DNA of 63,994 bases, counting the filler, from Octopus bimaculoides (Eukaryota): NCBI RefSeq assembly GCF_001194135.2. It is 9 parts of 9 records of this genome, joined end to end, with 100 filler letters (N's around TTAATTAATTAA, not from the genome) between each part and the next. Parts side by side here need not be neighbours in the genome. Positions count along the whole stretch, not along the records: positions 34,244 to 56,697 come from NC_068987.1; positions 56,798 to 60,389 come from NW_026343407.1; positions 60,490 to 62,361 come from NW_026411137.1; 6 more parts are not named here. The stretch is one strand, 5' to 3'. Under the pieces are notes generated by a model. The model ran no database searches, was not told where the DNA came from, and saw nothing but the letters and a program-made list of their open reading frames with translations. Shown here in pieces: positions 49,031 through 62,106 of the stretch. Both the position numbers and the translations under genes were made by a program. The number at the start of each line of letters is the position of its first letter. The first letter of the stretch is position 1.

Positions 49031-50555
49031 CTCTACTGCATAAATAAACTAACACCAGTTGTCAGATGGTGGTTGGGGGACAAACACAGATACAAAGACA
49101 CACATGCATAGCTATATATACAACGGGCTTCTTTCAGTTTCACTCACAGGGCTTTGGTTGCCCCAAGGCTATAGTGGAAGATACTTGCCCAAGGTGCCAT
49201 GCAGTGGGACTGAGCCCAGAACCATGTGGTTTGGAAGTAAGCTTCTTACCACACAGCCATTCCTGCGCCTTATAGGTGCAGGCATGATTGTGTGGTTAAG
49301 AAGTTTGGTTCAGAACCACATGTTTCAGGATTCATTCCTGCTTTGTGAACACTGTCAACAGGAGTCTTCTACTATAACCATGGTTATTTGGAAGACAGAT
49401 ACTGGAAAGAAACCTATTGCATATAAATATATGTGTGTGTGTATGGTTTGTATATTCACCTCTCAGCATGTGCACACTAATAAGCATCAATGCCTTACAA
49501 ACAGTGTCATTTGTTTAAAGTCTTCTGCAAAAGCATGTGCAGCCTTTGAGCTGTTTGTTGTGTGAAGGACTATAAGAAATATTACTTTGCTTGGAGCATG
49601 TTAGGGTTGGCAGTGAGAAAAGCATTCAACCAAAGGAAAAAGTCTGCTTCAACAAAGTTTCATTTGACCCATACAAACATGGAGAAGTGGATGCCGAAAT
49701 GATAATGATGACAAAGGTAGCAATGTTTGTATTTGTAACATTATGTGATGGTAGGGAAATATGATCTTTAGTTGTAGAGCCTCATGTGGGCAATGACAAG
49801 TAACTGAGTCTTCTGGCAATTTGCTGTGCTTGAGAAGATATATCAGGCTAAGTGAAGTGTGGTCATTGTCAGTGTTGGTAATATGTAAAAGGCGAGCTGG
49901 CAGAAACGTTAGCACACCGGGCGAAATGCTTTGTGGTATTTCATCTGTCTTTACGTTCTGAGTTCATATTCCGCTGAGGTCGACGCCTTTCATCCTTTCG
50001 GGATCGATAAATTAAGTACCAGTTGAGTACTGGGTTGATCTAATTGACTGGCCCCCTCCCCAAACATTCTGAGCCTTGTGCCTAGAGTAGAAAAGAATTT
50101 GTAAAAGGTACTTATACCAGTGACATGCAAAAGCACCAGAGACATGTAAATGGCACCTGTGCCAGTGACATGTAGAAACATCCAGTACTTTCTGTAAAGT
50201 GGTTGGTGTTAGGAAGGGCATCAAGCTGTAGAAACCAGGCCAAAACAGACGACAGGAGTCTTTTGCAGCTCTTCAGCTTATCAGCTCTAGTCAAACTGTC
50301 TAACCCATGCCAGCATGGAAAACGGACGTTAAATGATGATGACTAAGCACCAATTTGAAGTTGAAAAAAAAACAAATCCACTGATGGGAATAAAACCACA
50401 TATCACTTATTGGATATTCAACCAACAATAAGCATACACACACCATACATAATCACATAATTTTACATAGCAAATTAGATTTTTTTCATTTCCAGTCATC
50501 TTTCTTGCCTATCAATATCACATACACTTGCTTCACTGTTTTCTTTTCCATCAAG

Positions 50556-50681
50556 AAACCTGAACAGGATGAATGGGGCAGTGGTTTGGATGCGGTGCAA
50601 ATGGCTTTGCAACTAGAGAAAAATATCAACCAGTCATTGCTTGATTTGCACAAAATTGCTGCAGACCATAGTGACAGTCAT
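50556..50681 (+). CDS. FTH1: Ferritin exon 3: [42 protein letters not shown]
   Basis: KPxxDEWG and [16 protein letters not shown] (E107, H118 equivalents); AAG| acceptor, |GTAAGT donor, phase 0-0, 126 nt. Confidence 0.98.
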
Positions 50682-53600
50682 GTAAGTGTTGCTTTGTGTT
50701 TTTTGTTGTTTTTTATTTAATTACTTGTGAGAATAGGTAACATAAATTTCATTCAGATTAAAATTAAGATTTAGGGGTTTCATTAAGTTATATTATGTTT
50801 CATTAAGTTATATAATTGTTATACATCAGTAAAATTTTGAATAACTATTTAGCAGAAGTGTTAATGCTGCTTCCCCTGCTGAAGAAGATTGTCCTGCAAG
50901 AGTCCTGTGTGGACACCATGTAAAAGGCACCCATACCTTTATCATGTAATAGCACCTGTGCTGATGCCATGTAAAAGCACCAATGCCAGTACCAAGACAC
51001 CCAGCACACTTTGTAAAGTGGTTGATGTTAGGAAGGGCATCCAGCTATAGAAACCAAGATAAATCAGATTGGAACCTGGTGCAATTTGGCCTCTTGCCAG
51101 CTCTGGTCAAAGCATCCAACCCATGCCAGCATGGAAAACGTATGTTAAAGGGTGATGATGATGATCTGTAAATTCTTCTTTTAATAATCTTGACATTTGG
51201 GGTAAATCTTCAGTCTGGAATTACAAAAATAGCAATAGTAGTTTCTAGCATGAGCACAAAACCAGTAATAGAGAGGTTTTGCCAATAGCTTTGACTCTGG
51301 TACATGACTGGTACTGAATTTTATCAACCCTAAAAGAATGAAAAGCAAAATTAACTTCAGTGAGATTTGAACTCTGAACATAAAAATCTGCCACCAGTCA
51401 AATGGTTCTACCAATCCTTAGTAATAACAAAATTTGGATCAAGTCACAGAATATTTGCTCTTATTTAGTATTCTGTGGTCTTGAATCACAGACAGCTTCA
51501 ACTTTCTTATGTCAGCTTCAGTAAGATATTCATAGTTATCTGTTGTTTGGTATTTATTGTTTAATCTCAGGTAAACCCAGAGGAAGCAGACCTAAGATCC
51601 AAAGTATTCCAACTACAATAATCCTATATCTAGGAATATGTATGAGTTATAAGCAGGAAGACTTTTGTTGAAATGCCATCAAGTGCTGCAGGCATACACA
51701 ATACATGACAATGACAACATTATCCAGCATGAACATTCATCTAAGACAGTAGTGTGTGATTTGAGTGATGTGTGCTATTTCTAGCAGCTCAAACAACTAT
51801 GTTGATGTTCCCCTATTGGTTTCATAATGACCTGTTATTATGGTTGCTGTTGGCACAGAAGATATAGCTGTGTAGTGATGGAGTTCACCTTGCACCCATG
51901 TTGTTCTGGGTTTTGAACTCATTCAGTAGCATCTTCAGCAAGTGTCTTCTACCATAGCCCTTAAGTTATCTAATACCTTATAACGAAATTTAGTTGTTGG
52001 GGATTATGGAAAAGTTTGTTGTCTTTATCATCATCCAACATTCATTTTTCATCTGGCATAGATTGCATAGGTTGTCACAGTCCATATTTCTTACTGGGTG
52101 TTTCTGTTCCAACAGATTAGTGCTTGTACATTTCATTTGGTTTAGTTGCTTTGATTGGATGCCCTTGCTATCACCAACCACTTTACAGAGTGCATTAGGT
52201 GCATTTTCACATGACACCAACGCTACAGATGTTAGATAGATTTTAGCAAGACAGTATTAAAAGTACCTCACAATTCACAATCCTACACTTTCTCTGCTCA
52301 TTTCCCAATCAGTTAAGACTGGATGCATTTTCATAGCACCAGCCCTAAAGAAGTAGCATTCACTTGCAGAGGGAGCGCTGTGCTTCCGTCATCACTCCTG
52401 AACAATAGGTGGAGTACCGAGTACTCGCCACTCTGTGGACAGAAGAGGGGAATAGGAGAGAGAGTATTAACAGCAGAAAGGTTAGAGATGGAAGTCTGGG
52501 TGTATTTCTTTCATCAATGTATATCAGCAAAAGATATAAGCATCATTGGGAACAAACAGTCAGTGAGAAGCGGAGTTCTCCTTAGTATTTGTTCTGCATC
52601 AATTTACAGGCACTCCCTTGTCACTGTTGCTGTCATGAATACTTTGAAGCAGAATGGCCAGTTGGTATCCTGTTATCAGTGACACTATTGTTTACCATCT
52701 GAATTAGTGAAAATGGTTGCATTGAGAAAACCTGTTATACACAGTCTTAACAAGTTATACCCCTTAGTCCTTCATGTACATGGGCGTGTGATTTTATATA
52801 TAGATATATATACACACACACACACACAATATACACATACAGGTACATCCCTGGTTGTGTGATTAAGAAGTTTGCTTCTCAACCATGTAATTTTGGGTTC
52901 AATCCCTCAGCATGCCAAAGCCTTGTGAGTGAATTTGGTAAACCGAAAAGTGAAAGAAACCCACCATATATATGTGTGTGTGTGTGTTCCTCCTTGTCTT
53001 CACTTTATTTGGTCAATGTAAATGAGTTCCACAATCATATAAGTGGTGTTATTTTTTTCCAATCTTCCTTGAAAAAATGTCCAGTCATGGAGAGATATTA
53101 CCTTGCTTGGAAACTAGTGAGTGGGAGTTAAGTTAGCAATCCATCTAATACTAAAATATGACTCCCTTTCCTTTTGTTTGAACTAATTCAGTTGATGAAA
53201 GATAATAAACAAGATTACCTCTGGTAGCGTTTTAAACTCAGATATGAGGAGTTACAACTAAATACAGAAAAATACTTAGTGCAAACTCCACTCTTTCATC
53301 ATCATCATCATCATTTGAAGGTCCACTTTTCTATGCTTGCATGGGTCAGCTGTTTGTTGGAGCAGTGTTTTCTAGGTCTGGTTGCCCTTCCTGATACCAA
53401 CCCCCGCTTGTGAGGTAATGGTTTCCCAGTTTATTGAACAGCAAAAAAGTAATAAATGCACATGAAAATAAGAGGAAATACAAGCTCATTCACATGTGCA
53501 CACACATACAGGGAGATTGAACCTGAAACTATGTGGTTGGGAAGTGAACTTCTTAACCACAGTCTTGTCTTAATGTTAATCATCGCTTACAAATTGCTTT

Positions 53601-54377
53601 TACATTGAACTATTTATCATCATCATCATCGTCATCATTGTTTAATGTCCACCTCCCATGCTGGCATAGGTTGGATGGTTTGACAGGAGCTGACCAAGTA
53701 GAAGACTACACCAGGCTACTGTGTCTGTTTTGGCAGGGTTTTTATGGCTGGATGCCTTTTTTAATACCAACCACCCAGCAGAGTGGACAGACTGTTTGTA
53801 GAAATTACTCGCTTCAGCCTATTAGCTTTTAAACCAGTCCCAGAAGACTTTGGGCCTCACAGAGGCAATGAGTAGTGATCAAGACCTTTGGCAATATGTG
53901 GTGCTTGAGAAGACCTGTCAAGCAAGTGAAATTGTAGTTGTGGCCAATGCTGGTGTCATGTAACTGACACCCGTGCTGGTGGCACATAAAAAGCGCCTTT
54001 CAAGCATTGTGCCTCATGGAGGCAAAGTATCCGTTGCCAGTTGCTCATGAAAAGCACCTTTTGAGTGTTGGGCCTCATGGGAGCAATGGCGAATGACCAA
54101 AACCTTTGGCATTATGCCGTGCTTGAGAAAAAGAGCCATCAGCTATGTAAAATCACAGTTGTGGCAGATACTGGTGTCATGCAAATGGCACCCATGCCAG
54201 TGGCACATAAAAGTACCCATTACACGCTCAGAGTGGTTGGCACTAGGGAGGGCATCCAACCATAGAAACCATACCAAATCATACTGGAGTCTGGTGCAGC
54301 CTCCCAGCTTGCCAGCCCTGGTCAAACTGTCCAACCCATGCCAGCATGACCAACAGACGTTAAATGATAATGATGAT

Positions 54378-54577
54378 ATCTGGCCCAAAATATTCAGCCT
54401 GCTTTATGTTCAAACTGACCAAATCCAGCTTTCACACCTACCCTACAATGTCATTCTAAAAGTAAGCAATCACGTCATCGAAATCTTGAAGCTACAGGAT
54501 CATGTATGTTTAATTCAAACCAATGTGAATAAATAAGCATTACATCTGACAGAATAATCTGAATCCTAAAGGGTTAA
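54378..54577. mobile_element. piggyBac-like MITE right end (…AAAGGGTTAA)
   Basis: Homologous to 44145-44540, which ends GAAGGGTTAA; a TTAACCCTTT left end occurs near 46287. Confidence 0.45.
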
Positions 54578-54613
54578 TCTTTTAATTTTTTATATATTTT
54601 TTATCTATTACAG

Positions 54614-54763
54614 CTGTGTGATTTTCTTGAATCTGAATTCTTGAGTCACCAAGTAGAATCTATTAAAGAATTAGCTGATCACCTTGCTAATTTGAAACGT
54701 GTTGGTGCTGGACTTGGAGAATATATGTTTGACAAAACTACATTAGGCAGCTCAAACTCCTGA
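54614..54763 (+). CDS. FTH1: Ferritin exon 4 with stop: [49 protein letters not shown]
   Basis: LCDFLE three-fold channel motif, Q141 equivalent, GLGEYxFDK motif; CAG| acceptor; completes a 174-aa protein. Confidence 0.98.
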   Translation: MCDFLESEFLSHQVESIKELADHLANLKRVGAGLGEYMFDKTTLGSSNS

Positions 54764-55028
54764 ACCATTTTTTGGTTGAAAACGAAAACTATCCTGCTGT
54801 AGTCAGTGTTTACAAGGCATATCATGTACTATAGTTGCTAATAGCAGCACACTGTAATTGGCTATTATTGTCAATGTGAATGAAAGTAACGATCTCAGCA
54901 TGACTTGAATCAATAAGCATAACCTTCAATATGGTCAGGTCAACATTCATGTCAGAATCAGTAGAAACAATACTGCATCATCTGTGTTTTTTTTTTAATA
55001 TATGTGTTTTGTGTTATCTATGTAGGAA

Positions 55029-55034
55029 AATAAA
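55029..55034 (+). terminator. Candidate ferritin polyadenylation signal AATAAA
   Basis: About 265 nt after the stop codon, followed by a T/GT-rich downstream element. Confidence 0.6.
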
Positions 55035-56150
55035 TATTTGATATTTCAACACTTTTCTTGTGTTTTTTTCTTTGTTTTAAATGTCTCTTAGTTCACACAA
55101 AGAGTAGAGTTCCAGACTAACTTACCTTATTGAATTTAGTTTTTTTTTCCAAATCATTTGAATAGAGCCAAAAATAAACTAAAATTGATCTTACTGATTA
55201 TTGTGCTATCTACAAAAATCGATCTTCTGCTTAATTACCAGAAATCATTTTTCTGTTTCAAAGAATCATAACTGAAGATTTGGGATATATATCTGTCGAG
55301 CTGACATCTCTGTTTCAATTTTGTTCCTCTCTACACTTCTTGAATTATTGTATCGATAAGAAATCTTTATTTCTACTGTCAATGTATCTCTGTATTAAAT
55401 ACCATGTAGCTTCATAGACCATAAAGCATGTCACCTCTTTAAATGAATGTTAACATATTTAATGTTGGAAGCAATGAAAAGATAATTATTGATAATTATG
55501 TGTTGAAAAAAAACAGTATTATTATTATACATTTGATATAACCTTATCAGAATAGTATAGACTTCCTGTACTTGCCAAAATAGTAAGGAATAAGTTGTAA
55601 GTAAATGTGCAAACTAGAAAGAAACATAAAAGACAGAGCCAGAGTGAAATGAAATGTCACTCATTAACAATATTAGCTGATATTGATATCATTGGGTTAT
55701 TAACCTTATTGAGCATGGCCGTTGCCAGTACTGCCTGACTGGCCTTCGTGCCGGTGGCACATAAAAGAACTCACTACACTCTCGGAGTGGTTGGCATTAG
55801 GAAGGGCATCCAGCTGTAGAAACTCTGCCAAATCAGATTGGTGCCTGGTGTAGCCATCTGGTTCACCAATCCTCAGTCAAATCGTCCAACTCATGCTAGC
55901 ATGGAAAACGGACGTTAAACGATGATGAAGCAAAACTATTATCAGAGGGTTTTGAAATTTGACCATCCCATATTCTAGCAGACTAGACTGCATAATTCAA
56001 AAACCTTCCATGAAAATCTCATTTTAATGACGTGGCTGTGTGGTAAGAAGTTCTGGGTTCAGTTCCACTGCGTGGCACCTTGGGAAAGTGTTTTTGATGA
56101 TAGCCTCGGGGCCATTAAGGCCTTGTGAGTAGATTTGGTAGACAGAAACT

Positions 56151-56697
56151 TGTATTCCTCTCGGGAGACTCGCAGAGAAAAGACAACGAGTTGTACAATT
56201 TAATTATTGCATTTATTATTCAATTACATACAAAGAATGCACTCACCGAAAGTTCGATGTTAATAAAACAAGAGTCATGTCCGCCATATATATCAATGAC
56301 ATTTTACTCCCCAGTCATTCAGAACAACAATGAAAACAAGGAACTCAGACGAACCACACTGAAACATGAGACGTCAAACGAATACAAATCTAACGGTCCC
56401 TATAACACCTCCCCATTGAAATTGATGCTACACAAGAAGTATCAACAGCAAAGGCTCTCTTGGGTTTTACGGGTTCTCTTGGACCGTCTTGGGTTGTCTG
56501 GTCCATACTCTGGAACAGGTAACATGGTCTTGGGTCTGGTTTGTCTTTGAGTTAGTAGCACAGTTTCCGAGATCTCCATCGGGTGATCTGTTGCAAATTG
56601 AAATACAGTATCTTCTGCATCACCAGGTTCATTGTCTTCCTCAGTTGTGTACCGCGGTCGCAGCTGTTCCCAGTGTCGTCTCCACATCGGGCCATGA
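56151..56697 (-). mobile_element. 3' end of a third Gypsy-type LTR element (pol tail, PPT, 257-bp LTR 56151-56407), cut by a spacer
   Basis: Minus strand WRRHWEQLRPR...PRRSKRTRK (post-integrase tail), PPT AATGGGGAGG directly before TGTTATA, LTR ends TACA; it interrupts a family C SINE at 56150. Confidence 0.85.
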
Positions 56698-57984
56698 NNN
56701 NNNNNNNNNNNNNNNNNNNNNNNNNNNNNNNNNNNNNNNNNTTAATTAATTAANNNNNNNNNNNNNNNNNNNNNNNNNNNNNNNNNNNNNNNNNNNNTAT
56801 ATATATATATATATATATGCATATATATATTATGTATATATATATTATGTATATGTGTGTGTATGTATGTATGTACTGAAACATAAATATACACACATAA
56901 ATATCTACATACGTATAATACAAATCTGTATGCACCTCATCAGGTCTATAGATTTATTATGTGTGTACATAAGCATGAACGTACACACACACACATATTT
57001 ATATATCAGTATATATGTATATATATATGTGTGTGTGTGTGCATGTATATACATATATGTATATACACATATATATATATACACATATACATATATACTT
57101 GTATATATAGATATAAAGATATATATACACACATACATAGATACACATTTGTATACATGTACATAGTTACATCATTAGTCTCCAGTCACGTGGGAAAACA
57201 AAAAGAATCAGAGAGATGGAAGAGAACTGCCACCCATTTCGCAAACAGGCGCAGAATGGTCCGAACGCTGGTACACACGCATCAAGAACCATATAGCTAT
57301 GAGTTTGTGCATATGTGTATATGTATGTGTTTGTGTGTGAATGTGTGTGTATGTGTGCGCGCGTACGCACGCTTCAGATCCTAACAGGTGAACCAAATCT
57401 GAATTTTGTATGTTTTTGTATGCGTGTGTGTCTGTATGTGTGCGTGTGTGTGTGTGTGTGCGTGCGTGTATATTTGTTTGCATGCGTGTGTGTGTGTGCG
57501 CGGCAGGTTTGTTTGTATTGGTCATTCTTATATTTAATGCGAGTGACGTGTTCTACGCGCCTAGAAAGCTANNNNNNNNNNNNNNNNNNNNNNNNNNNNN
57601 NNNNNNNNNNNNNNNNNNNNNNNNNNNNNNNNNNNNNNNNNNNNNNNNNNNNNNNNNNNNNNNNNNNNNNNNNNNNNNNNNNNNNNNNNNNNNNNNNNNN
57701 NNNNNNNNNNNNNNNNNNNNNNNNNNNNNNNNNNNNNNNNNNNNNNNNNNNNNNNNNNNNNNNNNNNNNNNNNNNNNNNNNNNNNNNNNNNNNNNNNNNN
57801 NNNNNNNNNNNNNNNNNNNNNNNNNNNNNNNNNNNNNNNNNNNNNNNNNNNNNNNNNNNNNNNNNNNNNNNNNNNNNNNNNNNNNNNNNNNNNNNNNNNN
57901 NNNNNNNNNNNNNNNNNNNNATATATATATATATATATATATACATACATATATATAAATATATATACATATATATACACATAC

Positions 57985-57985
<1 letters not shown>

Positions 57986-58035
<50 letters not shown>
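57986..58035. repeat. (TAGA)n microsatellite
   Basis: Direct reading. Confidence 0.95.
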
Positions 58036-59533
58036 TGCATACATATATATATAAATTGAATATAGTAAATACATTAATGAGTACGCCTACTAAAAATACA
58101 CGCTTTATACACCCAAGTGTATACTAAATCATGCGAACTCTTAACGACAAACGAACGCATAATCAAGCGTTTCATGAAACGGAAAACAAAATGTATTACA
58201 TCAAATTGTAAACTGATACTAATAATATATTACAACAAATATCAAAAATCTTTGTGTCAAAAGCACACCTGAAGGATGTAATACTCGATAAAAAGCTCCA
58301 AATGCCTTGCGAGTCATACACATTTTTATGTAAAAGTGAAAGTTGCAAACTTCACGACTTTAACTGTTTCATTGATGCGAAATTACGACACTTTCGCGTA
58401 AGCTTACAATACCTATGCAAATTGGAAAACACTACGTCACATTCCATAAAGCAAAGCCAGACAGAAATATGATAGCAGATAATACAGTCATACATCAATG
58501 AAGTAATCTGAAAATGAGACGATTGATAGTGGAAGCAAATCTTAATGTACAAATTTAGCAATACACACTGCTGAAATTTACTCACGAGCGACATACATAC
58601 GTCATCGATAAATTTTAAATTAACACACAAACACACAGACACATACATTATCATCAAACAGGGCACGTTACCGATGACGTGTTACTGTAATATCCAAAAC
58701 TGATCTAAATGACTTAACACACTGCCGCTTAAATTCTGACTGTAAAAATTTACACAAATAAAATTCTGGTTGCAAATGGCGGCATAATTTGGTATTCATA
58801 ATGTACTGGGAATTCCTAAAAACAGGATCCTGTGTAAGACAGTTCGGTATTCTCTGTAAAAGCACAAAAACCGTTTTAAGGGCTACATACTTTGTACTGG
58901 ACTAGCGAAACAATTATGAGAACGGAACCAAGGGATAAGCCCCGCTTTCCCGGGGATTACCTCGTACGCCAGCTATATATATATATATATATATATATAT
59001 NNNNNNNNNNNNNNNNNNNNNNNNNNNNNNNNNNNNNNNNNNNNNNNNNNNNNNNNNNNNNNNNNNNNNNNNNNNNNNNNNNNNNNNNNNNNNNNNNNNN
59101 NNNNNNNNNNNNNNNNNNNNNNNNNNNNNNNNNNNNNNNNNNNNNNNNNNNNNNNNNNNNNNNNNNNNNNNNNNNNNNNNNNNNNNNNNNNNNNNNNNNN
59201 NNNNNNNNNNNNNNNNNNNNNNNNNNNNNNNNNNNNNNNNNNNNNNNNNNNNNNNNNNNNNNNNNNNNNNNNNNNNNNNNNNNNNNNNNNNNNNNNNNNN
59301 NNNNNNNNNNNNNNNNNNNNNNNNNNNNNNNNNNNNNNNNNNNNNNNNNNNNNNNNNNNNNNNNNNNNNNNNNNNNNNNNNNNNNNNNNNNNNNNNNNNN
59401 NNNNNNNNNNNNNNNNNNNNNNNNNNNNNNNNNNNNNNNNNNNNNNNNNNNNNNNNNNNNNNNNNNNNNNTGTGTGTGTGTGTGTGTGTGTGTGTGTAAA
59501 GGTATATGTGTGTGTAGATGTATATATGTGTGC

Positions 59534-59572
<39 letters not shown>

Positions 59573-60344
59573 TCTGTGTGTATGTGTGTGTGTGGGTGCG
59601 TGTACATATTTAAGAGAGAGGCATTGGGTGATGGAGAGCGGTATAAAAGCATAATGGGCAACGAGCCGTCAAGTGTCTCGCCAATGAGGGCCGCTTAGTG
59701 CAGTGAAAACAACACCTTTAGTTTTGTCTCTTACCTCAGTCAGTGCTCTCGTCAAGTCATGCTTGCTAATATGACATCAAAAGAGTTGGTATGTATAATA
59801 ATATCATTATATGATATTGTTATTAAACATACCAACACTCGTACGCACATAGTTACACTTATAAATTATATATTTATTATGTATGTATGTATGTATGTAT
59901 GTATGTATGTATGTATGAATGTATGTATGTATGTATGTATGCATGCATATATGCAGATATATACATACATACATACATACATACTTCCATATACTCTTTC
60001 CGTTTCCGTTATTAACAGCGTCTATATGCCCACAGACACACACGCATAAACACACGTATTTATATGTGTGTATGTATGTGTATGTATGTATTTATGTATG
60101 TAAGATAACATATATTTAAAGTCATATACAGAGACACATTCTCTCTCTTTCTCTGCCTCTCTCTCTCTCCACCCTCTTTTCTCTCTCTTTTCTCTCTCGT
60201 CCTCTCTCTCTCTCTTCCCCTCCATCTCCCCCCTCTCTCTCTCTGCCTCTCACTCTGTCTTTCTCACTGTCTACGTGGGTGAGGGCTTATGGATGTGGCT
60301 GTGTATATATATGTCTATATAAGTATTTCCTTGTGCTTCTCTGT

Positions 60345-60388
<44 letters not shown>

Positions 60389-60636
60389 TNNNNNNNNNNN
60401 NNNNNNNNNNNNNNNNNNNNNNNNNNNNNNNNNTTAATTAATTAANNNNNNNNNNNNNNNNNNNNNNNNNNNNNNNNNNNNNNNNNNNNTGGCCGCAGTC
60501 AAATGACTGAAACAAGTAAAAGAGTAAAGAGAGAGTATAAATACCCATAAAAGGGTGTATAAATTTAATCAGCTCCCCTTTGGTATTAAGGTATTCAAAG
60601 TACTAGATCAGTTTATTTAATGTATAATAATGATAT

Positions 60637-60845
60637 ACAGAGATGCAGCATGGAATTTTGTCAGTGAACAGGTCGCGGTCTCAAAGCGACGAAAATATTT
60701 TGGCAAATTAAATTTAAATGTTGAAGTGAATCTAACGGTTTCTGTGTGTTTCTTAAATGGGTTATAAACACCTTCCACGCTGCAATTGTTTTCATTCCAG
60801 CACACGATCTCAGATCAGGTCACTTGCTATGCAAATACATCTCTG

Positions 60846-60878
<33 letters not shown>

Positions 60879-61305
60879 NNNNNNNNNNNNNNNNNNNNNN
60901 NNNNNNNNNNNNNNNNNNNNNNNNNNNNNNNNNNNNNNNNNNNNNNNNNNNNNNNNNNNNNNNNNNNNNNNNNNNNNNNNNNNNNNNNNNNNNNNNNNNN
61001 NNNNNNNNNNNNNNNNNNNNNNNNNNNNNNNNNNNNNNNNNNNNNNNNNNNNNNNNNNNNNNNNNNNNNNNNNNNNNNNNNNNNNNNNNNNACAGAGATG
61101 CAGCATGGAATTTTGTCAGTGAACAGGTCGCGGTCTCAAAGCGACGAAAATATTTTGGCAAATTAAATTTAAATGTTGAAGTGAATCTAACGGATTTTGT
61201 GTGTTATTTTAAATGGCTTATAAACACCTTCTACGCTGCAATTATTTTTCGTTCCAGCACACGATCTCAGATCGGGTCACTTGCTATGCAAGTACATCTC
61301 CGTAG
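60637..61305. repeat. Two diverged copies of a roughly 210-bp unit on either side of a gap
   Basis: ACAGAGATGCAGCATGGAATTTTGTCAG...CACTTGCTATGCAA at 60637-60847 and 61092-61305. Confidence 0.85.
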
Positions 61306-61325
61306 ATGATATACTAAACGAGAAA

Positions 61326-61575
61326 CGTCGCCCTTTCAAAGCCTAGCCAGGCTCATGGGCCCGGTTTCCCGGTTTCTATGGCGTATGTGTTCCCCACAGC
61401 TGGATGGGACGCCAGTCCATCGCAGCGTTACTCATTTTTGCCAGCTGAGTGGACTGGAGCAACGTGAAATGAAGTGTTTTGCTCAAGAACAGAACGCGTC
61501 GCCCGGTCCAGGAATCGAAACCACAATCCTACAATCATGATGCTGACACCCTAACCACTAGGCCACACGCCTCCA
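61326..61575 (-). mobile_element. tRNA-derived SINE (family D), near full length
   Basis: Minus-strand head GTGGAGGCGTGTGGCCTAGTGGTTAGGG...GGTTTCGATTCC with A and B boxes. Confidence 0.85.
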
Positions 61576-61987
61576 CAAATGATATACTAAGCTTACAATA
61601 ATCTAGGACAGATATAACTACCTCTTCTGTAGTATACTCTATATCTATCCTCCTATGTATCTATCTATCTATCGGTCTTTCTGCCTATCTATCTCTGTGT
61701 ATCCTCTACTCTATTTGGCTGCCTGTCTATTTATGACAGTTATATCTACCTACCTACCTACCTACCCACCCATCCATCCATTTATCTAGCTGTGTCTCTC
61801 TCTTCTTGTCTGTCTATCTATTTCTCACTCTGTATGTACGTACCTACCTACCTACCTACCTACCGATCAGTCAATTGGTCTCTCTCTCTATTTTCCCCTC
61901 CCCCTCTCTCCCCCTCTTACTCCCTCTGTATATTGATCCTTACTTTGTACTCTTACCTGTTTCCGTTTCTCTCTCCCTGGCATTCAG

Positions 61988-62052
61988 GTGCCACGGATGG
62001 CTCAGGTTTTGCTGCTATCAAGTTAACAGCCCTTGGCAGGCCACAACTTTTG
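61988..62052 (+). CDS. PRODH: Proline dehydrogenase internal exon: (G)ATDGSGFAAIKLTALGRPQLL
   Basis: AIKLTALGRPQ(L/F)L is the signature motif of animal PRODH / Drosophila sluggish-A; long pyrimidine tract, CAG| acceptor, TTG|GTGAGT donor, 65 nt, phase 1-0. Confidence 0.9.
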
Positions 62053-62066
62053 GTGAGTCCCCTAAT

Positions 62067-62106
<40 letters not shown>

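Noticed and set aside
2929-61575. tRNA-like sequences with A and B boxes as tRNA genes
   Set aside because: All are SINE heads fused to repeat bodies; no complete cloverleaf seen
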